64,000 nt of DNA from Nitrososphaeria archaeon. Its GTDB lineage: Archaea > Thermoproteota > Nitrososphaeria > Geothermarchaeales > JDFR-13. The translations under genes and the position numbers were made by a program. Shown here in pieces: positions 10,359-21,156 of the stretch. The stretch spans positions 64,001 to 128,000 of the forward strand of contig JALWXN010000004.1 in NCBI GenBank assembly GCA_027078545.1, given 5' to 3'. The notes under the pieces were generated by a model. It had not been told where the DNA came from and did no database searches. It saw nothing but the letters and a program-made list of their open reading frames with translations. Each line of letters begins with the position of its first letter. Positions within the stretch are counted from its first letter, which is position 1.

Positions 10359-11435
10359 ATGGGAGGCATATTCCGGGAAGAAGGGGCGACCGTATTCAGC
10401 ATCGACTATGTACCGGAGAAGACTCCCCACAGAGAGGAAAACATAGAGGAGCTTGGCGGATACCTAGTCACCACATTCGAGAGAGGCGACTTCAGACCCC
10501 CAATATTGATAGGGCCATCGGGTACCGGAAAGACACTAGTAGTGATAAAATCACTGGAGATGCTTAGAAACAACCCCATGTACGGGCCACATATCATCAC
10601 AAACATAGTAAACACGATGATCACTAACAGCACATACGCAGTTATCAAGAACATAGTGTCACTGCTCTCACCCGTCCCAGAACGGGGTCTATCCATCTCC
10701 GACCTATTGAAAAGGCTAGAGAGTGAGCTCGTCGCCACAGGGCGTAAATACGTAGTGTGTCTAGACGACGCTGACGATATAATTAGGAGGGACAAGGGGA
10801 GGATAGTCTATCTCCTCACCAGGATCAACGAGGCTATTGGAGAGGATCTTATCTACCCTATCTTCGTGGTTAGAGACTACAAGACAATCCTAGCTCTACC
10901 CGATTATATCAAGAGCAAGGTTGGAGGCCTAATGATGAAGTTTAGTCCCTACACCCGAGACCAGCTTAAAGACATCATCGCTGAGAGGATAGAGAAGGGT
11001 CTGAAGCCCGAAGCTATAACAAGCAATGCGATAGAAACAGCAGCGATAATATCGGAGAGGATCTACGGTGGAAACGCTAGGGAAATGATAAACCTGATAT
11101 ACAGATCCGCGATCTATGCAGAGAAGATCGATGCCCCCTATATAGATGCGGAGATAGTTAGGGAGACCTTCTACTACACCTTCTACAACAACATAGTAGA
11201 GCCGCTTGGATACCCCCACAGAGAGGTGATGAAGATACTCACCCTGACAGTGGACAGAGACAGATATATAGTGACAGATAACGATGTTGAGGAGATCCAC
11301 TCAAGGGTCATGGACCAGGGCCTAACATACATACATGTGAGAAAGATACTGACTGACCTGGCTGAGAAACACGGATATCTACTCCTCGAGGACGATTTTA
11401 AGCATGTTTTCATTCCACGCAGAATATTCCAGTAG
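10359..11435 (+). CDS. cdc6: Orc1/Cdc6 family replication initiator (divergent)
   Basis: FSIDYVP..PHREE, GPSGTGKT, Walker B LDDAD, F.PY..DQL.DI..R, GNAR. Confidence 0.85.
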   Translation: MGGIFREEGATVFSIDYVPEKTPHREENIEELGGYLVTTFERGDFRPPILIGPSGTGKTLVVIKSLEMLRNNPMYGPHIITNIVNTMITNSTYAVIKNIVSLLSPVPERGLSISDLLKRLESELVATGRKYVVCLDDADDIIRRDKGRIVYLLTRINEAIGEDLIYPIFVVRDYKTILALPDYIKSKVGGLMMKFSPYTRDQLKDIIAERIEKGLKPEAITSNAIETAAIISERIYGGNAREMINLIYRSAIYAEKIDAPYIDAEIVRETFYYTFYNNIVEPLGYPHREVMKILTLTVDRDRYIVTDNDVEEIHSRVMDQGLTYIHVRKILTDLAEKHGYLLLEDDFKHVFIPRRIFQ

Positions 11436-11521
11436 GAATACACCTAAGAATACTGGGAATACTTTCACTCACCCCCCTAGACAGGTACACCCCATGATAC
11501 GGGAGAAAGCTGCAGGTTTAA

Positions 11522-11860
11522 ATGGGGATATCGATGCCACGACTACTACTTCTAGTTCCTCATGGCCAGAGAGACACATATAGGGTTAGGGAGCTTAATA
11601 GGATAGTCGCTGAGGAGGCGGCTGCACTAGGCATAGACTATGAGGTCGTCGAGACAGACACTAGGGAACCCGCAATATATATTGAGGACAGCAGATCCGA
11701 CACAACACTATACATAGATGAGGATGGCGAGGAGTCAGAGGAGACCATCAGGATGATGATAAGAGTACTTGCTACGATAGCGATATCCATGGACAGCAGA
11801 GAGGCGAGGGAGACAGTATCTCCATACATTGGGGTTGAGGAAGAAATTAGGAGGAGATAA
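11522..11860 (+). CDS. Hypothetical protein
   Basis: 112-aa ORF with coding-like purine bias; no family recognised. Confidence 0.55.
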   Translation: MGISMPRLLLLVPHGQRDTYRVRELNRIVAEEAAALGIDYEVVETDTREPAIYIEDSRSDTTLYIDEDGEESEETIRMMIRVLATIAISMDSREARETVSPYIGVEEEIRRR

Positions 11861-11870
11861 CCACCGGACT

Positions 11871-11963
<93 letters not shown>

Positions 11964-11977
11964 TAATCCCACTAGAC

Positions 11978-12784
11978 TTATTCCGGAGAGAATCTTAAAA
12001 GCTTTCCTAGCAGATCCTCGAAATCCTCCCTACTCATCCCGAGGGAATACTTTCTCAAGAGGCTTATTACCCCTCCCCTATCCATCCCTAATAGGTCTAG
12101 GATATAGTCGGAAGCTGGGGACCTCACCAACACCGCCTGAGCTACAGAGGTGAAGTTATGCGGCTTCCTAGTCATGGAGGCATACTCAAAATCGATAAAC
12201 ACTGGGTCATAGTCATCACTCCTAATGATTACATGATCCTGTGGGCGGGACAGCTCACCATGATCCACACCAATACTGTCCAGCAGATACGCCTTGGTAA
12301 ACAGTAGCCGTAGAAAGCTGAGAAGCTCATCCCTATCTAATAGATATATCTGGCTAGCGAGGAACTCCCCCATCTTGAAGCCCACTATATACTCCATCAG
12401 GATAAGCCAATCCAATGACTCCACCAGGCGGGGCGATACCTTATACTCACCTATCTTCTCCTCAATATAGCGTAGGATGCGGGCCTCCTGAGCCAAATCC
12501 TTATCACCGACATCAGTTCTAAGAATCTTAGCAACCGTAGGCTCCCCCCTATACGAAACAAGGAGAACCAGTGAAGACCCGCCCTTACCCAGTATTTTGA
12601 CACCATATACCTCGGTGTCTCCCCATAGGACGATTTTATCCACCCCTATAGACTGCAGAGCCTCTAATCTCGACATAGCCAGCTCAACATCCCTAGAAGG
12701 GTATACCAAGAGAAGAAGTATCCTCTCATACTTGTCGGGACCATTCAGAATATCCTCAACGGACACTATACCAGAAAACGCCAT
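11978..12784 (-). CDS. Ser/Thr protein kinase (RIO-like, COG2112)
   Basis: LGKGGSS.V, VAK, HGELS, IDFE. Confidence 0.85.
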   Translation of the reverse strand: MAFSGIVSVEDILNGPDKYERILLLLVYPSRDVELAMSRLEALQSIGVDKIVLWGDTEVYGVKILGKGGSSLVLLVSYRGEPTVAKILRTDVGDKDLAQEARILRYIEEKIGEYKVSPRLVESLDWLILMEYIVGFKMGEFLASQIYLLDRDELLSFLRLLFTKAYLLDSIGVDHGELSRPQDHVIIRSDDYDPVFIDFEYASMTRKPHNFTSVAQAVLVRSPASDYILDLLGMDRGGVISLLRKYSLGMSREDFEDLLGKLLRFSPE

Positions 12785-14157
12785 TCAACATCGCCCTTCA
12801 AGATGTCAATATACATTCTATAGAGCTTTGGTGCAGCCCTGATAGCCCCCAGATCTCTGGGCAATACATAGATATTGGTGAGTTCTACATCCCCAGGCAC
12901 ACGTACCTCTTTATTCCCCAAGACATCCGACACGACCCTCTCAGCCGAGGTATACCTCCTAGGCTTCAAGGAGTACCACCGTCCATCCTCACCCATCCAC
13001 ACTATATTCCTAACGTTCCCCCTGAGGAAACCCGTATCATCATGTCTATACGGTATGGGACCCTTAGACAAGGATAGGGACGACACCTCCACGGATTCGA
13101 GTATAAGCACTATGAGAGTGTCCGAAACATAATCGCTCTCAAGACCCACTCTATAAATATCGAACCCATGCATCCTCAGCACGTTGGCCAACTTCCTACC
13201 TAGTCTATACATCTGGGGGTAATGGATATCCTCCACCCGCTCCCCATGGGTGAAGTGGAGTACCAATGCATTTACATCTCCAACCAGAGGCTCCGGGTCG
13301 AAAACATCCTCTAGCCTCCTGTCTAGTATGGATGGATCTCTAATCAGGTGTTTAGCCCCTGACACCGCCAGCGAGAAACGTTTCCATGTCAGGGCAGAGG
13401 CTACATTCCGCCCCCTATCCACAGGGTCTACAAATATTAGTGGAGACCTCTCCCCAAAGACCTTTACTACCTCCTCCCGATCCCTGTAGACGCCTAGCCA
13501 ATCTATAACCACGGGAGGAACCCATCTAGCCATCTGTCTAATCGTGTTTATAACGCCTCCGTAGTAGAGTACGAGGAGCTCAGTCAGATACCCGGAGAAC
13601 CCACCAGTCTTGGCTTCAGAGCCATATACACCGAGCCTACGAAGAATGTATTTCAACGCAACGGCGTCGCAACGGTATTTTAAGATGCCCCTACTGATCA
13701 GGAACTCGTTATGGTAGTAGGACCTATCAACGGGGCTCTTCCAGTCCGGATAACTGGTTCTAAAGGCGGGTACAATGTTGTACTTGAAAGACTCACCATC
13801 ATCTACGATGACCTCTAGATAAGGATGATCCGCGTACCGTCTCCTTATCTCTACATCCCTATCTAGAGCCTTCTCCAACACCTCCTCTAGATAGTCCACC
13901 ACCTCTCTAGGATCCACATCATCCCTAAACAGGATGAAGACATCAGCATCAAACTCATCCTTTACATATGTACCCCTAGCCACAGAGCCTAGCAGGACAA
14001 CATCGTCTCGACCAACACCATACCTGGTTCTGAGGAGACTATATATGGTCTCTATTATCGACTCTACCTTAGCCCTGGCCAGCCCCCACTCATCTTCACT
14101 GGGACATTTATCCCTGATTATCCTATCCACCAACGACTCTAGGCTCTCCGGGCTCAC
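12766..14157 (-). CDS. cca: CCA-adding enzyme (class I tRNA nucleotidyltransferase)
   Basis: GSVARGT..D.D.DVF, YADHPY, VDRS..H, GFSGYL.ELL, DPVD..RN. Confidence 0.95.
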   Translation of the reverse strand: MSPESLESLVDRIIRDKCPSEDEWGLARAKVESIIETIYSLLRTRYGVGRDDVVLLGSVARGTYVKDEFDADVFILFRDDVDPREVVDYLEEVLEKALDRDVEIRRRYADHPYLEVIVDDGESFKYNIVPAFRTSYPDWKSPVDRSYYHNEFLISRGILKYRCDAVALKYILRRLGVYGSEAKTGGFSGYLTELLVLYYGGVINTIRQMARWVPPVVIDWLGVYRDREEVVKVFGERSPLIFVDPVDRGRNVASALTWKRFSLAVSGAKHLIRDPSILDRRLEDVFDPEPLVGDVNALVLHFTHGERVEDIHYPQMYRLGRKLANVLRMHGFDIYRVGLESDYVSDTLIVLILESVEVSSLSLSKGPIPYRHDDTGFLRGNVRNIVWMGEDGRWYSLKPRRYTSAERVVSDVLGNKEVRVPGDVELTNIYVLPRDLGAIRAAPKLYRMYIDILKGDVEWRFLV

Positions 14158-14166
14158 CTAATAGTG

Positions 14167-14712
14167 TCACCCCAGTGGAAACTCCTTCACAGTCTTATAG
14201 ATAGGGCCCCTAGGGGTCAGGATACTGCTTTTGAGCCTGAAGTTCCTGATCTCCAGTGTCTCACCAACATTTATCGACGAAAGGAGGTCTATATCTCTGG
14301 GCCCCAGCCTAGTATACTGCTTGATCCTAGCCACAGTAATATGAGGCTTGAAGGGCTTCCTATCCTCCTGCCCAATTCCCCTTAGTACACTCGCCACCTG
14401 TCTCTGTAGAGTCACCAGGTTCTCATCTGGGTCAACCTCTATAAACACTACACGCGGCCTATCCAAGCTGGGAAACGCCCCAACACCTCCAACACGTATC
14501 CTACAGACACCAGCCCTAACCCTTGATAGTCTATCCACAATCTCCTCAGTTAGAGAATCATCAACCTCACCAATGAACCTCAGAGTTATGTGGAGCAGAG
14601 AGGGATCCACATAAGTAGCCCTAACACCCAGCCTCCTTATCACCTCCTGGGCCTGAAGCACCTTCTTAGCCACTCTCTCCGACTCTATATCAAGAGCCAC
14701 GAATAGCCTCAT
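14167..14712 (-). CDS. thpR: RNA 2',3'-cyclic phosphodiesterase (2H family)
   Basis: MRLFVA, two HxT motifs (HITL, HITV), GPIY. Confidence 0.95.
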   Translation of the reverse strand: MRLFVALDIESERVAKKVLQAQEVIRRLGVRATYVDPSLLHITLRFIGEVDDSLTEEIVDRLSRVRAGVCRIRVGGVGAFPSLDRPRVVFIEVDPDENLVTLQRQVASVLRGIGQEDRKPFKPHITVARIKQYTRLGPRDIDLLSSINVGETLEIRNFRLKSSILTPRGPIYKTVKEFPLG

Positions 14713-14765
14713 CCCAAACCCTCAATATCTTATAAAGACGTGATAAATCTCTATAGAGGAGCGAG

Positions 14766-15365
14766 ATGAGCAGACTAGTCGTATGTATCTCAGGATATCC
14801 AGGATCGGGCAAGAGCATATTCGCTAATATGGCTAGGGAGCTCGGAATACCCATCTATACAATGGGAGACGTTGTTAGAGAGGAGGCTAGACGCATATAT
14901 GGAAGGATAGATCCTGAGACTGTGGCCAAGACTTCCCAAGAGATTCGTAGAAGGATGGGGAGGGGTGCTGTAGCCCAGCTACTAGCTCAGAAGATAGACT
15001 CCTCCAACCACGAGATTGTTGTAGTAGATGGTGTGAGGAGCCCCGACGAGGTAGAGGCGTTGTCAACCATAGGGAGAATAATCATCATAACACTGATTGC
15101 AAGTAGGCGTACACGCTTCGAGAGGCTTATAAAACGTGGACGGATAGACGACAAGCCTACATATGAAAACCTGCTTGAGAGGGAGGAGAGAGAGAGGTCA
15201 TTCGGACTAGATAAGGTTATCGAGGCGGCGGACCTATACATTTATAATGAGGACATAAACCTGGAGGAATTGAAGAGACTAGCCAAGAATTTTTTCCAGG
15301 AGATCAGTGGAGTGGGGAGAGATGAAGAAAAGAGAGAGAATAGACCTGTACAAAGAGAAGGCTAG
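14766..15365 (+). CDS. UPF0200 P-loop kinase (archaeal dephospho-CoA kinase-like)
   Basis: SGYPGSGKS, MGDVVR, VDGVRS. Confidence 0.8.
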   Translation: MSRLVVCISGYPGSGKSIFANMARELGIPIYTMGDVVREEARRIYGRIDPETVAKTSQEIRRRMGRGAVAQLLAQKIDSSNHEIVVVDGVRSPDEVEALSTIGRIIIITLIASRRTRFERLIKRGRIDDKPTYENLLEREERERSFGLDKVIEAADLYIYNEDINLEELKRLAKNFFQEISGVGRDEEKRENRPVQREG

Positions 15366-15768
15366 GATCGACGAGATCCTCCGAAGCGCAGAGATAATCG
15401 CTAAGACACCCCTACTCCCATGCGAGGATGAGGAGAAGGTGGCTAGAGCACTTAGAAACATAGTAGACGGAGAGATTAAGAAGGAGGAATATGGTGATAG
15501 GACATACTTGGTAGCAAGGTCTAAAGGAAGCTCAGACGTAGAGAAACTATTCAACTACTTTAGGAGTAAACAGGTTCTCGCCACTCTGAGGAGGATACTT
15601 AAGAAGTACTCCAGCCAAGAAGAGATAGTCATCTATCTCCATAAACAGGCGGCCTATGTAGGCGCATACTCCATAGCAGAGCCTGGAGAGTCTCCTGGAG
15701 GCGAGATAATAGTCACCATAAAGGTTGAAGACCCCAGTAGCGTCATATCAGCCCTCACCAGATTCTAA
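15307..15768 (+). CDS. DUF54 / COG1931 predicted RNA-binding protein
   Basis: P.EDEEKV..AL.N, LHKQAAYVG. Confidence 0.8.
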   Translation: MEWGEMKKRERIDLYKEKARIDEILRSAEIIAKTPLLPCEDEEKVARALRNIVDGEIKKEEYGDRTYLVARSKGSSDVEKLFNYFRSKQVLATLRRILKKYSSQEEIVIYLHKQAAYVGAYSIAEPGESPGGEIIVTIKVEDPSSVISALTRF

Positions 15769-16695
15769 GACGTGTGGAGAGCGCTTTACATATGGTATCA
15801 CGAGACTATCCAGATCCTTAGCCGAAAACGTGGCTGGAAAAATCTTCCTAGCCTCACTAACTAGGGGAGATACATCCCTATACCTAGCGCTGAAATGCGT
15901 AAGAACCAGGATCTTCACATCAGCCTCCCTAGCTATCTCCGCTGCCTGGATAGCTGTCGTGTGCTTGGTCAATAAAGCCCTATCCCTCAGCTCATCGAGA
16001 AATGTGGATTCATGTATAAGCACATCAGCATCCCTCGACAGCTCAACTACCTTTTCATGGGGCATGGTGTCTCCCGAGACTACTATACTCCTCCTATGCA
16101 CAGCACCCTCAATAATATAGTCCTTCGCCCGATATAGACGCCCATCAATAGTTACATCACGCCCCTCAGCCAAGGATCTCCAGGCAGTCTTTGGAACCCC
16201 GTCCCTAACAGCCCTATATACATCGAAACTCCAAGACCGTATCTTCTCCTCAAACCTGTAGGAGAAGGACCATGATGTATGGCTATTCCTGACAGCCCTA
16301 ACCACATATTCGCCATAGTCGAAGACTGCCCCATCATATACAGAGTTGTACTCTAGTTCGAAGGGAAGATCATTCTCAATATACTCAATGAAATAGTCGA
16401 TGAGTGTGAAGAGCTTAGGAGGGCCATGGATAGATACACGGCTAGTCCTCTTGAAGAGTGATAGGGTCTGTAAAGCTGGGAAGAGGCCTAAGATATGATC
16501 ACCATGTATATGCGTTATAAATATCCTTATAGTCTTCCCAAACCCGAGGCCCGCATTAAACAGCTGCCTCTGTGTACCCTCCCCAAAATCAAAAAATATG
16601 GATTCACCCTTCCTCCTCACCAGTATCGAGGAGACGTTCCTCTCAGCCGTCGGGACACCAGCCGAGGTGCCTAGAAACCTGACCTCTATGTCCAA
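15748..16695 (-). CDS. rnz: Ribonuclease Z
   Basis: FLGTSAGVPT, D.GEG.Q, THIHGDH, SGDT, HEST, H.T, THFSARY. Confidence 0.95.
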   Translation of the reverse strand: MDIEVRFLGTSAGVPTAERNVSSILVRRKGESIFFDFGEGTQRQLFNAGLGFGKTIRIFITHIHGDHILGLFPALQTLSLFKRTSRVSIHGPPKLFTLIDYFIEYIENDLPFELEYNSVYDGAVFDYGEYVVRAVRNSHTSWSFSYRFEEKIRSWSFDVYRAVRDGVPKTAWRSLAEGRDVTIDGRLYRAKDYIIEGAVHRRSIVVSGDTMPHEKVVELSRDADVLIHESTFLDELRDRALLTKHTTAIQAAEIAREADVKILVLTHFSARYRDVSPLVSEARKIFPATFSAKDLDSLVIPYVKRSPHVLESGEG

Positions 16696-16702
16696 CGGCT
16701 CC

Positions 16703-17701
16703 TCACCTCAGGACATATAGATACCTAGTAAGATTAGAATGCACAGGAATCTTGAATTTATGGAGCATTCTTACACCGCTATCCTCGATAATATGGTCTA
16801 TATCTACATGCGTAAAGAAAGCAGAGCCTCTGGCGAATATAGCAATATCGTTTACAAGCTTCTCATAAACCTCAAAACTCTCCCTAGACGTCTTTGTTAT
16901 CCGGCCATATGGCGGATCAGTAGCTAGGTACAGATCCCGCATCCTGATAAAACCGTCGAACGAGTCTCCACACACCACATCATGCCACGAGGAGGGAGAA
17001 TACCCCTCGATATTTACTCTAGCTCCCCTAGCCCATCTACAGACCAACTCTACACATATGCTCGACAATCCTATAGACTCAGCCTCTATTGGAACCCCAC
17101 CCACACCACAGAACGGGTCATAAACTATGGATCCCCTAGGAGCACCAGATAGATTTATCAATATCCTAGCCAACTTGGGGTCGAGAGAGAAGGGTGAGAA
17201 GACGGGTCTACTGCTAGGCCTCCTCCTCGAGAAGGACTTCTTATCGTGGTGAAACTCGAGACCCAAGTAACTCTCCCTACCAACTATGTATCTAGCCACT
17301 ATCACCTCGGGATCTCTGAGGGACACCTTATAGACCCCGGATCTTTGGACTAGCCGGGCCAGGATATCTATGTCCCTATCCCTGTCTCTATACTCCCCCC
17401 TATAGACATGGATGTGGATGGCGAAGGATTTTGGCCTAAGCTCTCTAATAACACCCTCAATCTCTATGGGGGCTAGGCATAGTAGGCCACGCTTGATTAG
17501 GGCTGATCTCCACACTACATAGTCTATGAGCCGTGTCATCTCGGAATGGGTGACAGAGGCCTGGTCTGGGGTCTCTATATAGGCGAGGGGAGGCTCAACC
17601 CCCACAAACCTATGTTTAATACCCGCAGCGTCTAGGAGTATAGAGGCCTCCGCGACAGCTATCTCCGGAAAGTCTTGGGACAAATGGAGAACTATCTTCA
17701 T
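16703..17701 (-). CDS. tRNA m2G10 methyltransferase (THUMP + MTase, Trm11-like)
   Basis: RP.F.P.SL.P.LAR, DPFCGVG, TDPPYGR. Confidence 0.85.
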   Translation of the reverse strand: MKIVLHLSQDFPEIAVAEASILLDAAGIKHRFVGVEPPLAYIETPDQASVTHSEMTRLIDYVVWRSALIKRGLLCLAPIEIEGVIRELRPKSFAIHIHVYRGEYRDRDRDIDILARLVQRSGVYKVSLRDPEVIVARYIVGRESYLGLEFHHDKKSFSRRRPSSRPVFSPFSLDPKLARILINLSGAPRGSIVYDPFCGVGGVPIEAESIGLSSICVELVCRWARGARVNIEGYSPSSWHDVVCGDSFDGFIRMRDLYLATDPPYGRITKTSRESFEVYEKLVNDIAIFARGSAFFTHVDIDHIIEDSGVRMLHKFKIPVHSNLTRYLYVLR

Positions 17702-17705
17702 CTCA

Positions 17706-18611
17706 TTACATGCTACCAGCTATATCGGGCAACAAGTCAACTATGCTGATAGCCACATGTTCATCATACCTGACTGTATCGCTACCCATTACAAGATCTA
17801 CACCACTACTACTAAGCCTCTCTTCTGCACCTCCCACTAGGAATAGATGTGTAGCCACAGCATAGACCCTCTTAACACCCCTAGTCTTCAGGAATGAAGA
17901 CACCCCAGCCACCGTACCACCCGTAGATATCTCATCATCGACAATTACCGCTACGTCGTATGAGGAAATCTCACCACCAACAGTCTCGAAATTAAAGCTC
18001 ACCTCACCAGTCACCCTATCCCGCATCTTCTCCACAACTAGATAATCCACTCCAAACAGCGATGAGAGTGAGTCTACCAGGGGAGCCCTCCCCCTATCAG
18101 GAGCTACAAGCACCAGTTTATCATCACCCATGGATCTAACTATGTTCTCTACAAGGGATGGTAAGAGCGAGATAGATACCGCGTAAACAGGAGAATACCT
18201 CATAAAGGCTACAGGATTATGGACGTCAAAGGATATTATCCTATCCACACCCCTGCTACATACCGTCTCCAAGAAGAGTCTAAGCGTTAGTGGCTCCCCC
18301 TCCCTAAACCTCTTATCCTGCCTAGAATATGGGAGATATGGAAGAACCAAGACGACATCCCCATCTCCACAGTAGACATCCAATACATCCAAGACCTCTA
18401 GAAGCCTAAACACATTGTCCTGTACAGAGGGATACGCCCACCACAGTAAGATGTAGGGAGGATCAGCCGTCGATACCTGATCCGGGTCAATATATACGAT
18501 TGTCTCCCCATTGGGGAAGTCCTTCACCTCAACACTACATACAGTCCAATCCCCTGGTAGTCTGCCATCCACCCTCTGAAGATCAGAGGCCTTAACTATT
18601 ACTGTTGCCAC
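17706..18611 (-). CDS. prs: Ribose-phosphate pyrophosphokinase
   Basis: FPNGE, PYLPYSRQDK, APD.G, IVDDEISTGGT, ATH. Confidence 0.92.
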   Translation of the reverse strand: MATVIVKASDLQRVDGRLPGDWTVCSVEVKDFPNGETIVYIDPDQVSTADPPYILLWWAYPSVQDNVFRLLEVLDVLDVYCGDGDVVLVLPYLPYSRQDKRFREGEPLTLRLFLETVCSRGVDRIISFDVHNPVAFMRYSPVYAVSISLLPSLVENIVRSMGDDKLVLVAPDRGRAPLVDSLSSLFGVDYLVVEKMRDRVTGEVSFNFETVGGEISSYDVAVIVDDEISTGGTVAGVSSFLKTRGVKRVYAVATHLFLVGGAEERLSSSGVDLVMGSDTVRYDEHVAISIVDLLPDIAGSM

Positions 18612-18674
18612 ATATCTCTCAATAGAGGCTCACCGTCTTTAATATATTGTGGAACATTATCTGGTGACCAAGAT

Positions 18675-19118
18675 ATGAAGCCACTACACAGAGACCCTAC
18701 ATACCTGACCATCCTATACTATATAGAGAGGAATGGCAGAGCCTATCCCGACGAACTCGCCCATAGACTTGGAGTGACTAGACAGGCGGTGGAATACAGG
18801 CTTAAACGCCTAACGGAGGAGGGCCTCATATCCAAGGAGCGTGGCGACAGGATATACTACGTCCTCACAGAGAGGGGGAGAGCCTTAGTGAGAAGCACGA
18901 ATAGAGGATTAGGTAATGAGAAGAGAGGGGCAATACCCAGTATTAACAGCGAAGATATTAAGGCGAGACTGAAGTCTAAGCTGTTTCTACTACCCATAGC
19001 AATAGGATTGATCTCGATGGGCCAACATATAGCCGGAGGAGACCCTGCCAGAGGGATGATATCCCTCCTCATATGGATAATGGTGGGGGGCTTCACGTAC
19101 CTCCTAACGAGTAGATAG
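18675..19118 (+). CDS. Winged-HTH protein with two C-terminal transmembrane helices
   Basis: ELAHRLGVTRQAVEYRLKRL..EGLI...YVLTERG followed by two hydrophobic segments. Confidence 0.75.
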   Translation: MKPLHRDPTYLTILYYIERNGRAYPDELAHRLGVTRQAVEYRLKRLTEEGLISKERGDRIYYVLTERGRALVRSTNRGLGNEKRGAIPSINSEDIKARLKSKLFLLPIAIGLISMGQHIAGGDPARGMISLLIWIMVGGFTYLLTSR

Positions 19119-19128
19119 CAGAGGGGGA

Positions 19129-20109
19129 CTAGACCTTAGAATCCAAGTACTCCTTAGCCTCTATGGCAGCCATAGCCCCAAAACCAGCAGCAGTCACCGC
19201 CTGCTGATACTTAGGATCCATCACGTCACCCGCTGCGAAGATCATTGGTAGGCTTGTCTTTACAAAGTCATGGGTCTTCACATATCCCCTCTCATCCAGC
19301 TCTAGGAGACCCTTTACAAGTGAGGTGTTTGGATCATGGCCGATCGCTATGAAGACACCATCCACCTCTAGAACCTCCTCCTCACCAGTCACCCTATTCT
19401 CAAGTTTCAGCCCTGTAACCTTCCTATCTCCAAGTATATCTTTTACCACCCTGTTCCACAACACCTCGATATTTCCACGTCTAGATACCTCCCTTACAAG
19501 AGCGTCTGAAGCCCTGAATCTATCCCTCCTATGTATAATGTAGATCTTCTTAGCAATGTCGGATAGGTATAGCGCATCTGTCAGGGCTGTGTCGCCTCCC
19601 CCCACAACCGCAACCACCTGATCTTTAAAGAAGTAGCCGTCACATACTGCACAGTACGATACACCCTTTCCCATCAGCCTCTTCTCCGACTCCAGCCCCA
19701 GCTCCCTATACTTAGCACCAGTAGCTAGTATCAATGTCCTCCCCAAGTACCAGTCACCAGCCACCAATACCTTAACAATATCACCCTCAACCTCTATCTT
19801 CTCAGCATCATAATCCACGAACTCTACTCCGAACCTAGTGGCCTGCCTAAACATACGCCTCATCAGTTCAGGACCATCTATCCCCTCCGGGAACCCTGGA
19901 TAGTTCTCCACCACTGTAGTAGTCATCAGCTGACCTCCCCATGAGAACCCTGTGATAACTAGTGTCGACAAGCCAAACCTCACTGTATATATAGCAGCCG
20001 TCAGCCCTGCAGGCCCCGAACCTATAATCACTACGTCATAGAGCTTACCCGGCTTCCCAATCTTCTTATTATAGTCTACCTGAAGGGACACTCCAAATGG
20101 GAGGCTCAT
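19129..20109 (-). CDS. trxB: Thioredoxin-disulfide reductase
   Basis: GSGPAG, VENYPG, CAVC active site, GGGDTA, FAAGD. Confidence 0.95.
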   Translation of the reverse strand: MSLPFGVSLQVDYNKKIGKPGKLYDVVIIGSGPAGLTAAIYTVRFGLSTLVITGFSWGGQLMTTTVVENYPGFPEGIDGPELMRRMFRQATRFGVEFVDYDAEKIEVEGDIVKVLVAGDWYLGRTLILATGAKYRELGLESEKRLMGKGVSYCAVCDGYFFKDQVVAVVGGGDTALTDALYLSDIAKKIYIIHRRDRFRASDALVREVSRRGNIEVLWNRVVKDILGDRKVTGLKLENRVTGEEEVLEVDGVFIAIGHDPNTSLVKGLLELDERGYVKTHDFVKTSLPMIFAAGDVMDPKYQQAVTAAGFGAMAAIEAKEYLDSKV

Positions 20110-20179
20110 GCTAAGATTCTTGCATACCAAGGCATATTTATTAAAGATATATCTACGTATAGTCTCTTAGGCGGTTGAG

Positions 20180-20593
20180 ATGAGTATGTACACACATAGG
20201 AAGGAGTTTCGATTCAGAGGATATACGTTGGAGGAGCTCCAGAAGATGGATATCAAGGAATTCGCCAAACTCGTGAACCCTAGAGCAAGGAGATTCCTCC
20301 TAAGAGGGAAGTTTACACCAGAAGTGAAAAGGCTGCTGGAGAAGGTAGAGTTGGCTAGGCAGGGGAAGTACAATAAACCGATCAGGACCCATGTGAGGGA
20401 AATGGTCATCCTACCAAAGATGGTAGGCCTAACAATCCATGTCTACAACGGAAAGGAGTTTGTCCCCGTCGAGATAAAGCCTGAAATGATAGGTAGGAGA
20501 CTGGGAGAGTTCTCACACACGGTCAAACCAGTGAAGCATGGAGAGCCAGGCCTAGGAAGTACCAGGTCCAGCTCCTACACCCCGATAAAGTAG
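20180..20593 (+). CDS. rps19p: 30S ribosomal protein uS19
   Basis: F.FRG..LEEL, RTH.R.M.ILP.MVG, EMIG..LGEF. Confidence 0.97.
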   Translation: MSMYTHRKEFRFRGYTLEELQKMDIKEFAKLVNPRARRFLLRGKFTPEVKRLLEKVELARQGKYNKPIRTHVREMVILPKMVGLTIHVYNGKEFVPVEIKPEMIGRRLGEFSHTVKPVKHGEPGLGSTRSSSYTPIK

Positions 20594-20649
20594 GGACTAG
20601 GAGTAGCTCGGTAAAGGTACAACCCTCATTTTTAATCCTACTTTGTTTT

Positions 20650-20743
<94 letters not shown>

Positions 20744-20823
20744 AGTACACCAATTTTATACATTTACCATAAGATTTAAAGAATTTAGTGGGATTATTGG
20801 ACAGCTTGCCCGGTGTGGAGAGG

Positions 20824-21105
20824 ATGAGGAGGGAGAAGATATTTGGAGGCGGCTTAATAAGCGCTGGAGCCCTAGGAATAATCATATACTACTACCTCAT
20901 GTTCATGGCCGATGAAAAACTATCTATGCTAGCCGTAAAAGCAACCATATTCCTATTCATAGTGGGCCTAGCAGCCGCAATGATATGGATCGGATACACC
21001 TTGATAACCACTCCGCCTCCCAAATCTATCGAGGAGATAGAGAGGGAGATAGAGGAGGAGATCAAGAAGCTTGAGAAGAGCCTCGAAGAGGAGGAGAAGC
21101 AGTAA
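20824..21105 (+). CDS. Small two-TM membrane protein with C-terminal coiled coil
   Basis: Two hydrophobic helices, then TTPPPKSIEEIEREIEEE. Confidence 0.75.
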   Translation: MRREKIFGGGLISAGALGIIIYYYLMFMADEKLSMLAVKATIFLFIVGLAAAMIWIGYTLITTPPPKSIEEIEREIEEEIKKLEKSLEEEEKQ

Positions 21106-21156
21106 TAATCCATATAACTATATGAATAGATTCAATGGTATTGTGGATAGATGGGG

